Below, piece after piece: positions 8,082-17,889 of a stretch of DNA of 64,000 bases; positions within the stretch are counted from its first letter, which is position 1; every line of letters starts with the position of its first letter. The translations under genes and the position numbers were made by a program. This DNA is from an uncultured delta proteobacterium (GTDB lineage Bacteria; Desulfobacterota; Desulfobacteria; Desulfobacterales; CAWEAR01). The notes under the pieces are model-generated. The model saw only the letters and a program-made list of their open reading frames with translations, was not told the origin of the DNA and did not search any database. Location: NCBI GenBank assembly GCA_963806835.1, contig CAWEAR010000033.1, positions 33,992 to 97,991 on the forward strand, in the 5' to 3' direction.

Positions 8082-10811
8082 CTAATCTTTTCTTTTTTCA
8101 TCTTTTTTATCATTATCAAACCGGAACAGCGGACCCGGCAGCCAGTCATTCAGAGAATTTGCTGCGCTGTCATGCCCGCTTATCAGAAACCGGCTTATAT
8201 CTTCACCGGAACGGGCTGAACAGGGGAGTTTCATCCATTTTGCTGCATCAACTGTATCGGCAGGAAGTAATGTCATACCCGAAGTAATATCCAAATCAGG
8301 TGCTTCAATCTTCACAGTTCCGTCATTTCCCCTTTTTGACGTGGCTGTTATTCTGCTGTCTGCTGATTTGATGTAATTATCCGTCAGAATAAAAATTGCT
8401 CCGCCGTCTCCGTCTTCGGCGTTTGCCGTGATATTGCCGTGATTTAATATAACGAATTTTGAATCTGCTTTCACATCTCCGCCGTCTCCTGCTCCGATTA
8501 AAACAGTGCCGGTAATATCTCCGTTATAAAGATAAATTTCATTCCCGGCTTTAACGGATATTTTACCGCCGCCCGCGCCGTTTGCTTCTGTTGTTATTGT
8601 ACTGTTGCCGGAAATTTTTACAGAATCTGATGCACTGACATTAATAGTTCCTGCATTGCCCCCGTTTTCTTCCGCATTGCTTTTGGAAGATATTGCTGCA
8701 TTATTCTCTAATTGAAGACGGCTGATATTCAAATCAATTTCACCAGCCTGCCCGCCGCCATCGGTGCTTGTGCTTATCTCTCCGCTTTTATTAAGAGATA
8801 CTTCTTTTGCGGTTATCTGAATTTTACCCCCGTCCCCTGCCTGTTCCATTTCGCCGTAGGATGACGCAAAAATACCGGCAGGATATTCGTCTGTGCTGTT
8901 TTTGCCTGAAATAAAGAGCGAATCATAAATATGAATTTTTATATCGCCGCATTTGCCGGTACCGTAAGAAATGGCGTTTATCTGCGAGCCATCGCCAAGA
9001 TACAGTTTTTCCGCTGTTACCTGAATCATGCCTCCGTCACCCGCCTGATCTGATTCACTTTCTGTTCCTGCATATATGCCGCTTTGCCAATCGCCTGAGA
9101 TATTTTCACCGGAGATTCTGATTGTACCGCCTGCCTGAATATTTATATTGCCGCCGTTACCTGCTCCGATTGTTGCCGCACTAATCTGAGCACCGTCTGT
9201 AATCTGCAAATCTCCTGAATTTATTTCAATTGTTCCGCCGTTACCCGCGGCTTCGGTTTCACCCTGTGCATTTGAACTGATTTTAGTCAGATAACCTGAA
9301 CTGCTCTCACCGGAAAGGCTTATCAGATCACTTTGAATCTTTATATTTCCGCCGTTACCTGTTCCGAAACTTGTTGTGCCGATCTCTGCTCCGTCTCTTA
9401 GATATGACTCTTTTGCAGTAAATTCAATGCTTCCGCCGTCACCGGCTGATTCTGTTTTCCCCTGAGCATTTGAAACAATCTTGGATGCTTTGCCATTACT
9501 ATTTTCACCGGATAATGTAATTGAATTATCAGTATGAACTGTTATATGTCCGGCATTGCCGGGTCCGAAACTGGTTGTGCCGATTTCTGCTCCGTCTCTG
9601 ATATTCACATCTTTTGCAGTTATTTCAATCCTTCCGCCATCGCCTGCGGAATCTGTTTTATCCTGTGTATTAGAAACAATTTTGCAAATATCCGGTTGCT
9701 CATTTTCACCTGAAAGAGTAACAGAATCAGAGACTTTAATTATTATATTGCCGCTATCGCCTGAACCCTCTGTTTTTGCGTTTATCCATGCTCCGTCTGT
9801 AAGATTCAGATTATCTGCCTGTATATCTATACCTTTGCCATTGTCCGAACCATAAGTAATGGCATTTATCCTGCTGTTATTCATGACAAATTCACCGGCA
9901 CGGATATAAACAGCGCCGCCGCCTGTTCCGTTTGCGTTTATCCATGCTTCATCGGAAATACTTATATTTCCAAATTTTTCAAAACCGGAAACATCAGGTA
10001 CGCTCTCAGTTATTGCAACTTCTCCGCCTGATACTACACTCACTAAATTGATATATCCCTCAGGAGCATTTACAGAACCGGGATGTTCTTTTAATTTAGC
10101 CACTTCCCCTTCTTCTCCGGTATTGTAATATGTTCCTCTCTTTATCTCAATATCTCCGCCGATAATAGATACGGTATTTCCTTCTTTCACATGAAGCCCT
10201 GTATGGCTGTTTTCATCCCATTCCTGTTCTGTAATTTCTCCTTTTCCTTCAATACTGATAAGACCTGAGACTTTGGAAGTCTTTATATTTTTATCCAAAA
10301 AACCGAAAGCAGCCGGTGCGGCAACAGAGAGAATCTCATTTTCCAATGGCTGAACAAAGAATTTTTCATTCTCTCCCATACGCAGATAATCGGCTGTGCT
10401 TACATGAAATGACCCTGCTAAGTCCAATGACGCATTTGGACCAAATAATATGCCTGCGGGATTTAGAAGATAAAGATTTTCTGCGCCGGATACTATTTTT
10501 CCGTTAATCCATGAATATTCACCGCCGGTTATCCTGCTGATGGTATTGGTTATTCCTGAATCATTAAAAACAGCACTCTCGCCTGTATGAAGATTGAATT
10601 TCCCGAAGCTGTGAAAAAGATTCCCGCCTTGCTGTGTTCCGCCTGTAATATTGAATGTACTGCCGTCAGAAGTTACGGTTGTGCCGAGTCCGGACGATGT
10701 GATGCCTTGCGGATGCGATATTCCGCTGCTGTTCAAGTCTATAGCGTAAGCCGGAATAACAATGATGGAGGATATAATGATGATACTTATACACAGCTTG
10801 TTATAATTCAT
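8082..10811 (-). CDS. Two-partner-secretion exoprotein (filamentous haemagglutinin N-terminal TPS domain + beta-helix repeats)
   Basis: Signal peptide, then a TPS-domain signature (GGNLFHSFGKFNL..AVFN..ISRITGG..INGKI...NLYLLNPAGILFGPNASLDL). This is followed by about 8 repeats of the type SGEN..K.VSNAQG.TESAGDGGxIE.TAK. Confidence 0.85.
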   Translation of the reverse strand: MNYNKLCISIIIISSIIVIPAYAIDLNSSGISHPQGITSSGLGTTVTSDGSTFNITGGTQQGGNLFHSFGKFNLHTGESAVFNDSGITNTISRITGGEYSWINGKIVSGAENLYLLNPAGILFGPNASLDLAGSFHVSTADYLRMGENEKFFVQPLENEILSVAAPAAFGFLDKNIKTSKVSGLISIEGKGEITEQEWDENSHTGLHVKEGNTVSIIGGDIEIKRGTYYNTGEEGEVAKLKEHPGSVNAPEGYINLVSVVSGGEVAITESVPDVSGFEKFGNISISDEAWINANGTGGGAVYIRAGEFVMNNSRINAITYGSDNGKGIDIQADNLNLTDGAWINAKTEGSGDSGNIIIKVSDSVTLSGENEQPDICKIVSNTQDKTDSAGDGGRIEITAKDVNIRDGAEIGTTSFGPGNAGHITVHTDNSITLSGENSNGKASKIVSNAQGKTESAGDGGSIEFTAKESYLRDGAEIGTTSFGTGNGGNIKIQSDLISLSGESSSGYLTKISSNAQGETEAAGNGGTIEINSGDLQITDGAQISAATIGAGNGGNINIQAGGTIRISGENISGDWQSGIYAGTESESDQAGDGGMIQVTAEKLYLGDGSQINAISYGTGKCGDIKIHIYDSLFISGKNSTDEYPAGIFASSYGEMEQAGDGGKIQITAKEVSLNKSGEISTSTDGGGQAGEIDLNISRLQLENNAAISSKSNAEENGGNAGTINVSASDSVKISGNSTITTEANGAGGGKISVKAGNEIYLYNGDITGTVLIGAGDGGDVKADSKFVILNHGNITANAEDGDGGAIFILTDNYIKSADSRITATSKRGNDGTVKIEAPDLDITSGMTLLPADTVDAAKWMKLPCSARSGEDISRFLISGHDSAANSLNDWLPGPLFRFDNDKKDEKRKD

Positions 10812-10834
10812 AATTTTCTCCGTAAGATAAAAAA

Positions 10835-11230
10835 GTTCGTAGTACCGCCTTTAGGCGGCAGATGTGAATAACCGCATAAATGCGGTTGTTCGTAGTACCG
10901 CCTTTAGGCGGTAGATGTGAATAACCGCCTAAAGGCGGTACTACAAACTTTGCAGATGTGAATAACCGCATAAAGGCGGTACTACAAACTTTGCAGATGT
11001 GAATAACCGCATAAATGCGGTTGTTCGTAGTACCGCCTTTAGGCGGCAGATGTGAATAACCGCCTAAAGGCGGTACTACAAACTTTGTGAATAACCGCAT
11101 AAATGCGGTTGTTCGTAGTACCGCCTTTAGGCGGCAGATGTGAATAACCGCCTAAAGGCGGTGCTACAAACTTTGTGAACAACCGCATAAATGAACTTTG
11201 CTGCGTTCCCACGCAAATCGCGGGAACGAA
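10835..11230. repeat. Composite tandem array of family P1 palindromes plus AACCGCATAAATGCGGTT hairpins, ending in a GTTCCCACG..CGCGGGAAC hairpin
   Basis: About four 90-135-bp super-units (GTTCGTAGTACCGCCTTTAGGCGGCAGATGTGAATAACCGCCTAAAGGCGGTACTACAAACTTTG...AACCGCATAAATGCGGTT). Confidence 0.9.
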
Positions 11231-11247
11231 ATGACGAGATAAAATCC

Positions 11248-14200
11248 TTAATTCCGAACTGCGGTAATTTTCTGAAGAATATAAATCACATCCTCCAATC
11301 CGATCTTTCTGTCCTCATTAACATCCGCCTCTGTGGAGATCGTTGAATAGACCGGAACCTGAACGCAAATCTGTAATCCGGAAATTGCATCCCGAAGATC
11401 AACTGTACCGTTACTGTCAATATCACCGGATTTAAATATCTCTCTTTTTGCCACCAGCGCCCATTTTGAAGATAAATACCTTGTTCTGAAATGGATTTGT
11501 TTATTCTCCTTGTCAATTGTAGCCCCTTTTACCTTTTGCCATGAAGAAGAAGTCTCAAGAAAATATGCAGGAACAATATTCTCTTCTGTAATTCCGAATC
11601 GCGACAGAGCCGCATCTGTATAAGGAAGGCTTATCATTATATCCTTATCAGATTTTTTAAGAATCATCTTTCCGTTCTCCTTTTCATACATGGCAATTGA
11701 ATATCCGTAACCAGTCAGATAATCCTCGGCGTTATCGGGAAATCCGGCTATACCCGGTTTTATCACAATTTTTATACTATCTGTGAAAATTACCTGCTTT
11801 GTTTCTCTGTTTTTAAGCTCCTGAACAGATACAGCATCGGTCGGAATATATATCTGAATACCGTCTGAAAGGAGATTGCACCATCCTTTTTTTACAGGAA
11901 AAGTATCGCTTATTCCTTTAGGAAGCGTTCCCATAAACTTTAAAAACAGATCAGATACAGTTATCTTCTCATCATTGCCTGATATATCAGCTTCAGCTTC
12001 ATTACTTTGATAAAAACTGTTCACATCCGCTGGTTCATAAACCGCTCTGATGTTCCAGATATTACTCCCATCTGCAACCGCCTTTGCTACAAAGAGTTCA
12101 TAATATCCATTGGCATCTGTATATCCGTCAGCTTTCTGACCATCTGCGCTGTAAGCTGAGACAAATGCGTTTTCTACAGGCTGATTCTTTTCATCAACAA
12201 CTTTTCCTGTCAGATATGTATCTGCTTCACGCAGCTTTAAAATCACCTCTCCTGTAGTTTGCCTTGACGGTGCTACAGGTTCAGACTGTTGAGAAGAAGC
12301 TCCCTTTTTTTTACCGGTTCCCGTCCGTTTTTGTAATATTCCTTCTTCAAGACTCTTTAAAGCTGTTCCTATTTTTGCTTTTCTTTTAGAACCTGTTCCC
12401 TCGTTTGACGGCGTATAGAATATAAATTTTCCTTCATTGTCTGTAAAAACCATATTTTCAAAAATACTCTCTCCGTTCTCTCCTGTATATGGAATACGGA
12501 TCCATGTCTGAATATTCGGGACAGGCTCTCCGTCAGGATTTTGAACCTCTCCCCTGACAATATAGTCCAGCCGCTTCAGAGTAAAATCTTTGAAAACAGT
12601 CTCTTTTGCTCTGACAGAGACAGGCATGGGGCTGTCTGCTTCAAAAACATATTTATCAGTCTCCAGTTCATAGCTCATATCCCATGTACCTTCTGATACA
12701 TTCATCTTAAAAGCACCGTCATAAGGATTTATATCAGCGATCTGCCATGAGCCTGTATTTCTCAAAGACGCAAGGACACGTCCTGATATTCCGGTTATAG
12801 GATTTCCTTTTGAATCCTTGATTTTCCCCTGAATCAGCGCATCGGTTTTGCTTACCTGAAGAATTACCGATGTCGGTTCAGGTTTGACTTCTGTTTCTTT
12901 GGTAAACAGATACTCAGAATTAGGAGGAAATTCAAGACCGATAAAGACTTTTTCAGCAGGGATATTTACGGAAAATTCTCCGTTTTTCACCCATGAATAA
13001 ACAAAAGGATTGCTTTCATCTTCAAAACGGGCATAAGCCCATGCCTCTATATTATTCAGAATATTACCGTTTTGATCCTGAATTTTTCCGGTAACAGTGG
13101 CGGCAGTCTTTTCCAATACAAAATCATCAAGTCTTTTATTATCCTTATCTGTAATATGTATCTGTCTTGGAAAATCTTTAAAAATATAAGATATCTCTTC
13201 AGGAATAAAAAGCGTTACAGTCCATTCTCCCGGAGTCAGTTTTATATTGTAATAACCGTCAGCATCGGTAACGGATGAAAGCCATCTGCCGACTGAATCA
13301 AACGCATCTGCAAATATTCCCGCAATCTTATTCCCATCTTTATCTTTTATAATCCCGCTGACGGAGCAGTCTTTTGAAATTAAACTGACAGTTCCGATAT
13401 ATTCATCTTTATTGTCAATTTTGACCTGTAGAGGTGCCGGTACTGATAAATCAGGGTATATTGCCGCATCTTCAATATATATTGAGACTTCATAAGGACC
13501 ATCAAGCAGAGGAAGTGAAAAATCGCCTGATTTTTTTACACATACTAAAGCGTCGGTTCCGGTTTCCACATTAAATGCTTCAACATATACACTGTAATTC
13601 TTTAAAGGAATACCTGAAGGATCAATCACTTTTCCTTTCAGATAACCGGCAGGTTTAAGAAGTGTAATATCTGCATGTATAATTTCTTGAGTATCATCTT
13701 CGGCAAATGTTACATTCCGGGATTCAGGACAAACCCATGCAGTTGTATATTCCTCATAAGTATATACTTCCCATTCTCCCCCGTTGACCCAAATCTCAAA
13801 GTTGCCGTCGTCGTCTGTTAAGCTGTATCTGTAAATCTCTTTTTCCATGTTTTCAGCAAAGACCCATATATCTGCAACAGCACTCCCTTCAGATGTTTTC
13901 ATTGTTCCGGATATTTTCTTGTAATACTGAGGCAGTATTATATTTTTTAAATCCAATATGCTGTTCGGATCAGTTACTGTAAATTTATAATTTCTGATCC
14001 ATCCTGCCGCTGCATTTTCATAAGAAGGTTCAATATCAAGAGAATATTCTCCTGATGGGAGATTCAGTTTAATGTATCCGCTGTTTTCAGTACTGAAAAT
14101 CTGATACAAATCGCTGTTATCACCTTTGACATGAATTGAAGCAGAATTTACCGATGTTCCGTCAGACAGCAGAACTCTTCCGATTACATTTGATGTTTTC

Positions 14201-14568
14201 AGAAACAGAGGAGCCGGGAGTGTTATGATTTCATTTGCCGATTTCAGATTCACGGTTATTATTTCAGAGTTGGCATATTTTCTGTATATTTCATCAGACG
14301 GAGAATATGCCTGAATGCTCCATTCCCCGGCAACCCAACTGCCGCTTACCAATTTGGTTACAGAAAATTTTCCGTTAAAATCTGAATATGCTTCTGCACT
14401 GTTCAGATAATCAGATGTTTTAGCGTAAACATAAGCATAAGGGACAGGTGTGTTATTATGAAGCCTGACTTCTCCGTGAATCTCTGCGCTGATTGCAGAC
14501 TGACTGAAGAGTACAAATAAAGTAAAAAGAAAAATATACATTGCCATGATTATTTTTTTTGTCTGCAT
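11248..14568 (-). CDS. Large secreted protein with ~9 carboxypeptidase-regulatory-like (Ig-like) repeats and a C-terminal dockerin-type module
   Basis: Signal peptide. Repeated modules of the form hxGKVxDxxGNPhxxAxV....TDxxGxFxh. C-terminal tandem Ca-binding loops DIDSNGTVDLRD and DVNEDRKIGLED (dockerin type I pattern). Confidence 0.6.
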   Translation of the reverse strand: MQTKKIIMAMYIFLFTLFVLFSQSAISAEIHGEVRLHNNTPVPYAYVYAKTSDYLNSAEAYSDFNGKFSVTKLVSGSWVAGEWSIQAYSPSDEIYRKYANSEIITVNLKSANEIITLPAPLFLKTSNVIGRVLLSDGTSVNSASIHVKGDNSDLYQIFSTENSGYIKLNLPSGEYSLDIEPSYENAAAGWIRNYKFTVTDPNSILDLKNIILPQYYKKISGTMKTSEGSAVADIWVFAENMEKEIYRYSLTDDDGNFEIWVNGGEWEVYTYEEYTTAWVCPESRNVTFAEDDTQEIIHADITLLKPAGYLKGKVIDPSGIPLKNYSVYVEAFNVETGTDALVCVKKSGDFSLPLLDGPYEVSIYIEDAAIYPDLSVPAPLQVKIDNKDEYIGTVSLISKDCSVSGIIKDKDGNKIAGIFADAFDSVGRWLSSVTDADGYYNIKLTPGEWTVTLFIPEEISYIFKDFPRQIHITDKDNKRLDDFVLEKTAATVTGKIQDQNGNILNNIEAWAYARFEDESNPFVYSWVKNGEFSVNIPAEKVFIGLEFPPNSEYLFTKETEVKPEPTSVILQVSKTDALIQGKIKDSKGNPITGISGRVLASLRNTGSWQIADINPYDGAFKMNVSEGTWDMSYELETDKYVFEADSPMPVSVRAKETVFKDFTLKRLDYIVRGEVQNPDGEPVPNIQTWIRIPYTGENGESIFENMVFTDNEGKFIFYTPSNEGTGSKRKAKIGTALKSLEEGILQKRTGTGKKKGASSQQSEPVAPSRQTTGEVILKLREADTYLTGKVVDEKNQPVENAFVSAYSADGQKADGYTDANGYYELFVAKAVADGSNIWNIRAVYEPADVNSFYQSNEAEADISGNDEKITVSDLFLKFMGTLPKGISDTFPVKKGWCNLLSDGIQIYIPTDAVSVQELKNRETKQVIFTDSIKIVIKPGIAGFPDNAEDYLTGYGYSIAMYEKENGKMILKKSDKDIMISLPYTDAALSRFGITEENIVPAYFLETSSSWQKVKGATIDKENKQIHFRTRYLSSKWALVAKREIFKSGDIDSNGTVDLRDAISGLQICVQVPVYSTISTEADVNEDRKIGLEDVIYILQKITAVRN

Positions 14569-14585
14569 AAAGACCTCCTTTTTAT

Positions 14586-14817
14586 TTATAAATCAGCGGA
14601 CTTGGCGGACACGCTGTCGCTTAGTTTGTAGGGCGGACAAAGCGGAGCATGTCCGCCAAAGTTTGTAGGGCGGACAAAGCGGACATGTCCGCCAAAGTTT
14701 GTAGGGCGGACAAAGCGGAGCATGTCCGCCAAAGTTTGTAGGGCGGACAAAGCGGAGCATGTCCGCCAAAGACACGTATCCGAAAAAGTGGACACGCTCC
14801 GCTTTGTCCACCCTACA
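14586..14817. repeat. Tandem array of a ~37-nt hairpin unit GTTTGTAGGGCGGACAAAGCGGAGCATGTCCGCCAAA (family P3)
   Basis: Four head-to-tail copies at 14623-14770 (one copy is 3 nt shorter). A degenerate copy lies to the left and an inverted partial copy (GGACACGCTCCGCTTTGTCCACCCTACA) at about 14788-14817. Confidence 0.9.
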
Positions 14818-14854
14818 TTCTTGAATTGTTTCTATTGAACCTGTTATTTTAGAA

Positions 14855-16204
14855 TCACAAATTCGGTTTCGCGAACCAGTTCATTATCGGATGACCCCAC
14901 CCGGCTCTGATGCCTCTTCCCAAAAAACGATATATCGGCTCCGCTTTCTTATACGCAGCATTAAGCATGAATCGCTTTGCAAAACCCGGCTCTCCGAAGC
15001 GGCAGCGGGTTTGGACAGATCGCCATGAGTAAAAATCTTGATAAGCCTGAAAATAGCCTGCTTCAAGTTCATCAGGTGACATAAGTTTCGGGCGATAGAC
15101 AGCACGTGTAGTATCGTAATGTTCCCATTTACTGTCAATGATTCTCCCTTCTTTTTGAAGTTTTTTGTAAAGAAGTGTCCCCGGATATGGTGTGAGAATT
15201 GTGAAAGTGGCAGTTTCAAGCCTTGCTTCTATCCCGAACTCTGTAGTGCGACTGAACACGTCTGTGTTGTCGTTGTCAAAACCAAAGACAAAGCTGCCGT
15301 TCACCATTATGTCTCTGTCATGCAGACGTCTGATATTCCGAATGTAGTTCTCTGTCTTGTTCCAGCCCTTCCTGACTTCGTTCAGGCATTCTTTGTTTAT
15401 GCTCTCGAAACCGATGTAAAGGGTCCTGCATCCTGACTCTGCCAGCAGGTCAAGAATCCCTTCGTCATCTGCTGCGCCGATAGTTGTCATGCCGAACCAA
15501 TGTATCTTCATCGGTATCAGAGCTTTCAGCAGCTTTACAGCATAATCACGGTCAGCCAAAAGATCATTATCAATAAAGGCGACCACCCGCGAAGAACGGG
15601 ACTCAATCTCCCGCAGTACCATGTGGAGAGGACGCTGCCGGAAACTCACACCCTTCCTGCTGCTTTCAAAACAGAACCAGCAGCGATTTACGCATCCTCT
15701 GCTTGTTGATAAAGAGGCTGTGAGAACATAATCGGACATTGAAACGCACTTCCAGTCTGCATCCGGCGTTTCAGACAAAGGGAGGGGTTCACCGACATAT
15801 TGTTTTTTGAGCCGTCCGTTCCGAAAGTCAGTCAGTACTGTCTGCCAAATGCCCTCTGCCTCGCCGATGACAATGCAGTCAGCATGAGAACCGGCTTCTT
15901 CGGGACAGAGGGTTACATGAGGTCCTCCCAGAATCACCGGCAATCCGTTGGCTCTTATCTTATCAGCCAAATGGTAAGCACGATTTGCAGCAGCAGTCCA
16001 AACACTGATACCCGCTATATCTGCATCCAGGGTTTCAGGTGTAAGCCGGTGGTACTCATCATATATGACCACTTCGTGTTCTTTCGGAGTAACTGCGCTG
16101 AGGATTTGCAGACAATGGGGAGGTACCATAAAGTGCTTGAGGCGGGTACCCCGGCGTAATGATGCGGTAGCAAACACAAGAGCAATTTTCATTCTTTTCC
16201 TCAA
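14855..16204 (-). CDS. B12-binding domain radical SAM protein
   Basis: 449 aa. N-terminal cobalamin-binding-like domain (KIALVFA...VILGGPHVT). Radical SAM cluster motif SRGCVNRCWFCFE (CxxxCxxC). Confidence 0.75.
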   Translation of the reverse strand: MRKRMKIALVFATASLRRGTRLKHFMVPPHCLQILSAVTPKEHEVVIYDEYHRLTPETLDADIAGISVWTAAANRAYHLADKIRANGLPVILGGPHVTLCPEEAGSHADCIVIGEAEGIWQTVLTDFRNGRLKKQYVGEPLPLSETPDADWKCVSMSDYVLTASLSTSRGCVNRCWFCFESSRKGVSFRQRPLHMVLREIESRSSRVVAFIDNDLLADRDYAVKLLKALIPMKIHWFGMTTIGAADDEGILDLLAESGCRTLYIGFESINKECLNEVRKGWNKTENYIRNIRRLHDRDIMVNGSFVFGFDNDNTDVFSRTTEFGIEARLETATFTILTPYPGTLLYKKLQKEGRIIDSKWEHYDTTRAVYRPKLMSPDELEAGYFQAYQDFYSWRSVQTRCRFGEPGFAKRFMLNAAYKKAEPIYRFLGRGIRAGWGHPIMNWFAKPNL

Positions 16205-16262
16205 TTTCAGATATGAAGACTATAAATATAGTTACCAAATGAATAGTATTTTATAGTATTCA

Positions 16263-17333
16263 TCAGGTTTTGAAACCGGCACCATATTGTCCGGTGATAA
16301 AACGGGTCAGAATATTAAGGGCGCCGACAATGTCAGCCTGCTCTGAATGCCCGCATTTCAGACACTTGAAATTCTCATTGACCCGGTTACCCCTCTCGGT
16401 ATGGGCGCATAAAGGACACATCTGACTGGTTTTATAAGGATTCACGCTCCTGAAGGAAACACGGTTTTCTTCACAGCGCATCTCGATAATTCTGAGCAGT
16501 TCCCTGTAATTCCAGTTGCCGAGAGTCTTTCTGAAATTCTTTGAACGGTTTTTCTTTCCGCCCTGTTTAAGTCCTTTCAGATTTTCACAGACAGCAAGAC
16601 GCATTTCACTGAAATTCAGTTCTTTTACAGTTTTATGTATATAATATGAAAGGGTTTTTTTTGCCCGTTTATAAGCCTCTGAACCCTGTCTTTTACGCTT
16701 TATGATATTTATCAGAGGCTTTACTTCAGAGCCGTATAAAACGCCTCCGGAGGTTGCCATAAGATGATTTATTCCGCAGTCAATCCCGGCAAGTTTCCCT
16801 GATGTTTTCTTTTCACCCGTCTCTTTTTCAAAAGAAAAGATGACATATTTTCTGTGAACTGTAACAGATTCCGACATTTTCCATCCGGAAAACAGATTCA
16901 TATGACGGTGGCGTTTCAGAGGGATATGCAGTTTTATCTTATTGCCTGCGGAGTGAATCACAAGCCACAGGTCAAAAGAATTGCGCCCTTTCTCAGTCCT
17001 GACGCACTGGGATGAGAGAATCATCTTTTTTCCTGTATGGACGGGCTTTACAGGTTCAATCCCCTTTGCATCCGCACTCCTGACCGCGCTCTGCACCATG
17101 CCGAGAGCCTCTCTTGCACAGCACTGGCGCATACGGGCTGAAAGCCATGATGAGGGGATATTTACAATCTCTTTTTTCAGGTCTTTTCTCTGAAAATCAT
17201 TTCCGAAGAACATTTCAATAAAGATATTCGCAACACGTGAATATTCATCCATTATTTCACTGAGAACATCACGCTTTTTTTCCGTCATGAATTTCAGAGA
17301 TGTCTTTGACGACCTTGTTATTTTCATTTTCAA
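16263..17333 (-). CDS. tnpB: TnpB (OrfB) RNA-guided endonuclease-like protein
   Basis: 356 aa. The RuvC-like triad is present (GIDCGINH; VCENLKGL; EQADIVGALNI). Zn-ribbon CPLC...CLKCGH. Confidence 0.85.
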   Translation of the reverse strand: MKMKITRSSKTSLKFMTEKKRDVLSEIMDEYSRVANIFIEMFFGNDFQRKDLKKEIVNIPSSWLSARMRQCCAREALGMVQSAVRSADAKGIEPVKPVHTGKKMILSSQCVRTEKGRNSFDLWLVIHSAGNKIKLHIPLKRHRHMNLFSGWKMSESVTVHRKYVIFSFEKETGEKKTSGKLAGIDCGINHLMATSGGVLYGSEVKPLINIIKRKRQGSEAYKRAKKTLSYYIHKTVKELNFSEMRLAVCENLKGLKQGGKKNRSKNFRKTLGNWNYRELLRIIEMRCEENRVSFRSVNPYKTSQMCPLCAHTERGNRVNENFKCLKCGHSEQADIVGALNILTRFITGQYGAGFKT

Positions 17334-17889
17334 GTTCCCTTATCAGCTTTTCAGTCTTTCTTCTGCTCCGCCTCAGTCCGTAAAGCCTTGCGGTGAAGCA
17401 TGTTACAAGACTTACAAAATCCTGCATCAGTTCGTCTCTGCCGCCTGCCGATTCATTGATGATTTCAATCCGGCAGCCCTGAGATTCTTTAAACAGCCTG
17501 ATATAATTGAATCCGAATCTTGTCAGTCTGTCTTTATGTTCAATCACTATTCTTGTAATTTCAGGGTTTTTAAGAAGTTTTTCCAGTTTCGGGCGGGCAT
17601 CGTTCAGTCCCAATGCGCATTCTTTTACAACCTCTCTGATTTTATAACCTTTCGCAGCACAGTATGCACAAAGACGTTCCGCCTGACTTCCGAGATTCTT
17701 TCTGTTTTCAGATGATGAAACACGGGCATAACAGACTGTGTATTCAGGTCTGCAGGGCGAATCTTCAGGTATTAAAATTTTTCCGAATGCATCCTGAAAG
17801 GCACCGGGAATTTTGCCGGCTTTGTAACGGTTCCATGCGGCACGGTATTTAATTCCGTGTTCTTCCGCATATTCACTTAAAGTTTTCAT
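17269..17889 (-). CDS. tnpA: IS607-type serine recombinase TnpA
   Basis: 206 aa. N-terminal MerR-like HTH (LSEYAEEHGIKYRAAWNRYKAGKIPG), then a resolvase catalytic domain (VCYARVSSSENRKNLGSQAERL...DRLTRFGFNY). It overlaps tnpB by 65 nt. Confidence 0.85.
   Translation of the reverse strand: MKTLSEYAEEHGIKYRAAWNRYKAGKIPGAFQDAFGKILIPEDSPCRPEYTVCYARVSSSENRKNLGSQAERLCAYCAAKGYKIREVVKECALGLNDARPKLEKLLKNPEITRIVIEHKDRLTRFGFNYIRLFKESQGCRIEIINESAGGRDELMQDFVSLVTCFTARLYGLRRSRRKTEKLIRELENENNKVVKDISEIHDGKKA

Noticed and set aside
10587-11100. ORFs 10587-10871(+) and 10801-11100(-) encoding FVVPPLGG / PPKGGTTN peptides. Similar ORFs occur at 14586-14811, 17911-18105 and 19720-19965.
   Set aside because: They are read straight through the palindromic repeat arrays. 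Their repetitive peptides simply mirror the DNA repeats.
10835-11230. CRISPR-like regular repeats (also at 7781-7982, 14586-14817 and 19535-19806).
   Set aside because: The units abut one another, or are separated by other repeated sequence rather than unique spacers. They occur in both orientations and are themselves palindromic. No cas genes are present. I interpret them as REP/MITE-like elements.
17269-17333. Programmed frameshift fusing tnpA and tnpB in the IS607 element.
   Set aside because: Both ORFs have their own start codon and complete domain sets. A 65-nt overlap of separate genes is the usual IS607 arrangement, and I saw no slippery heptamer.
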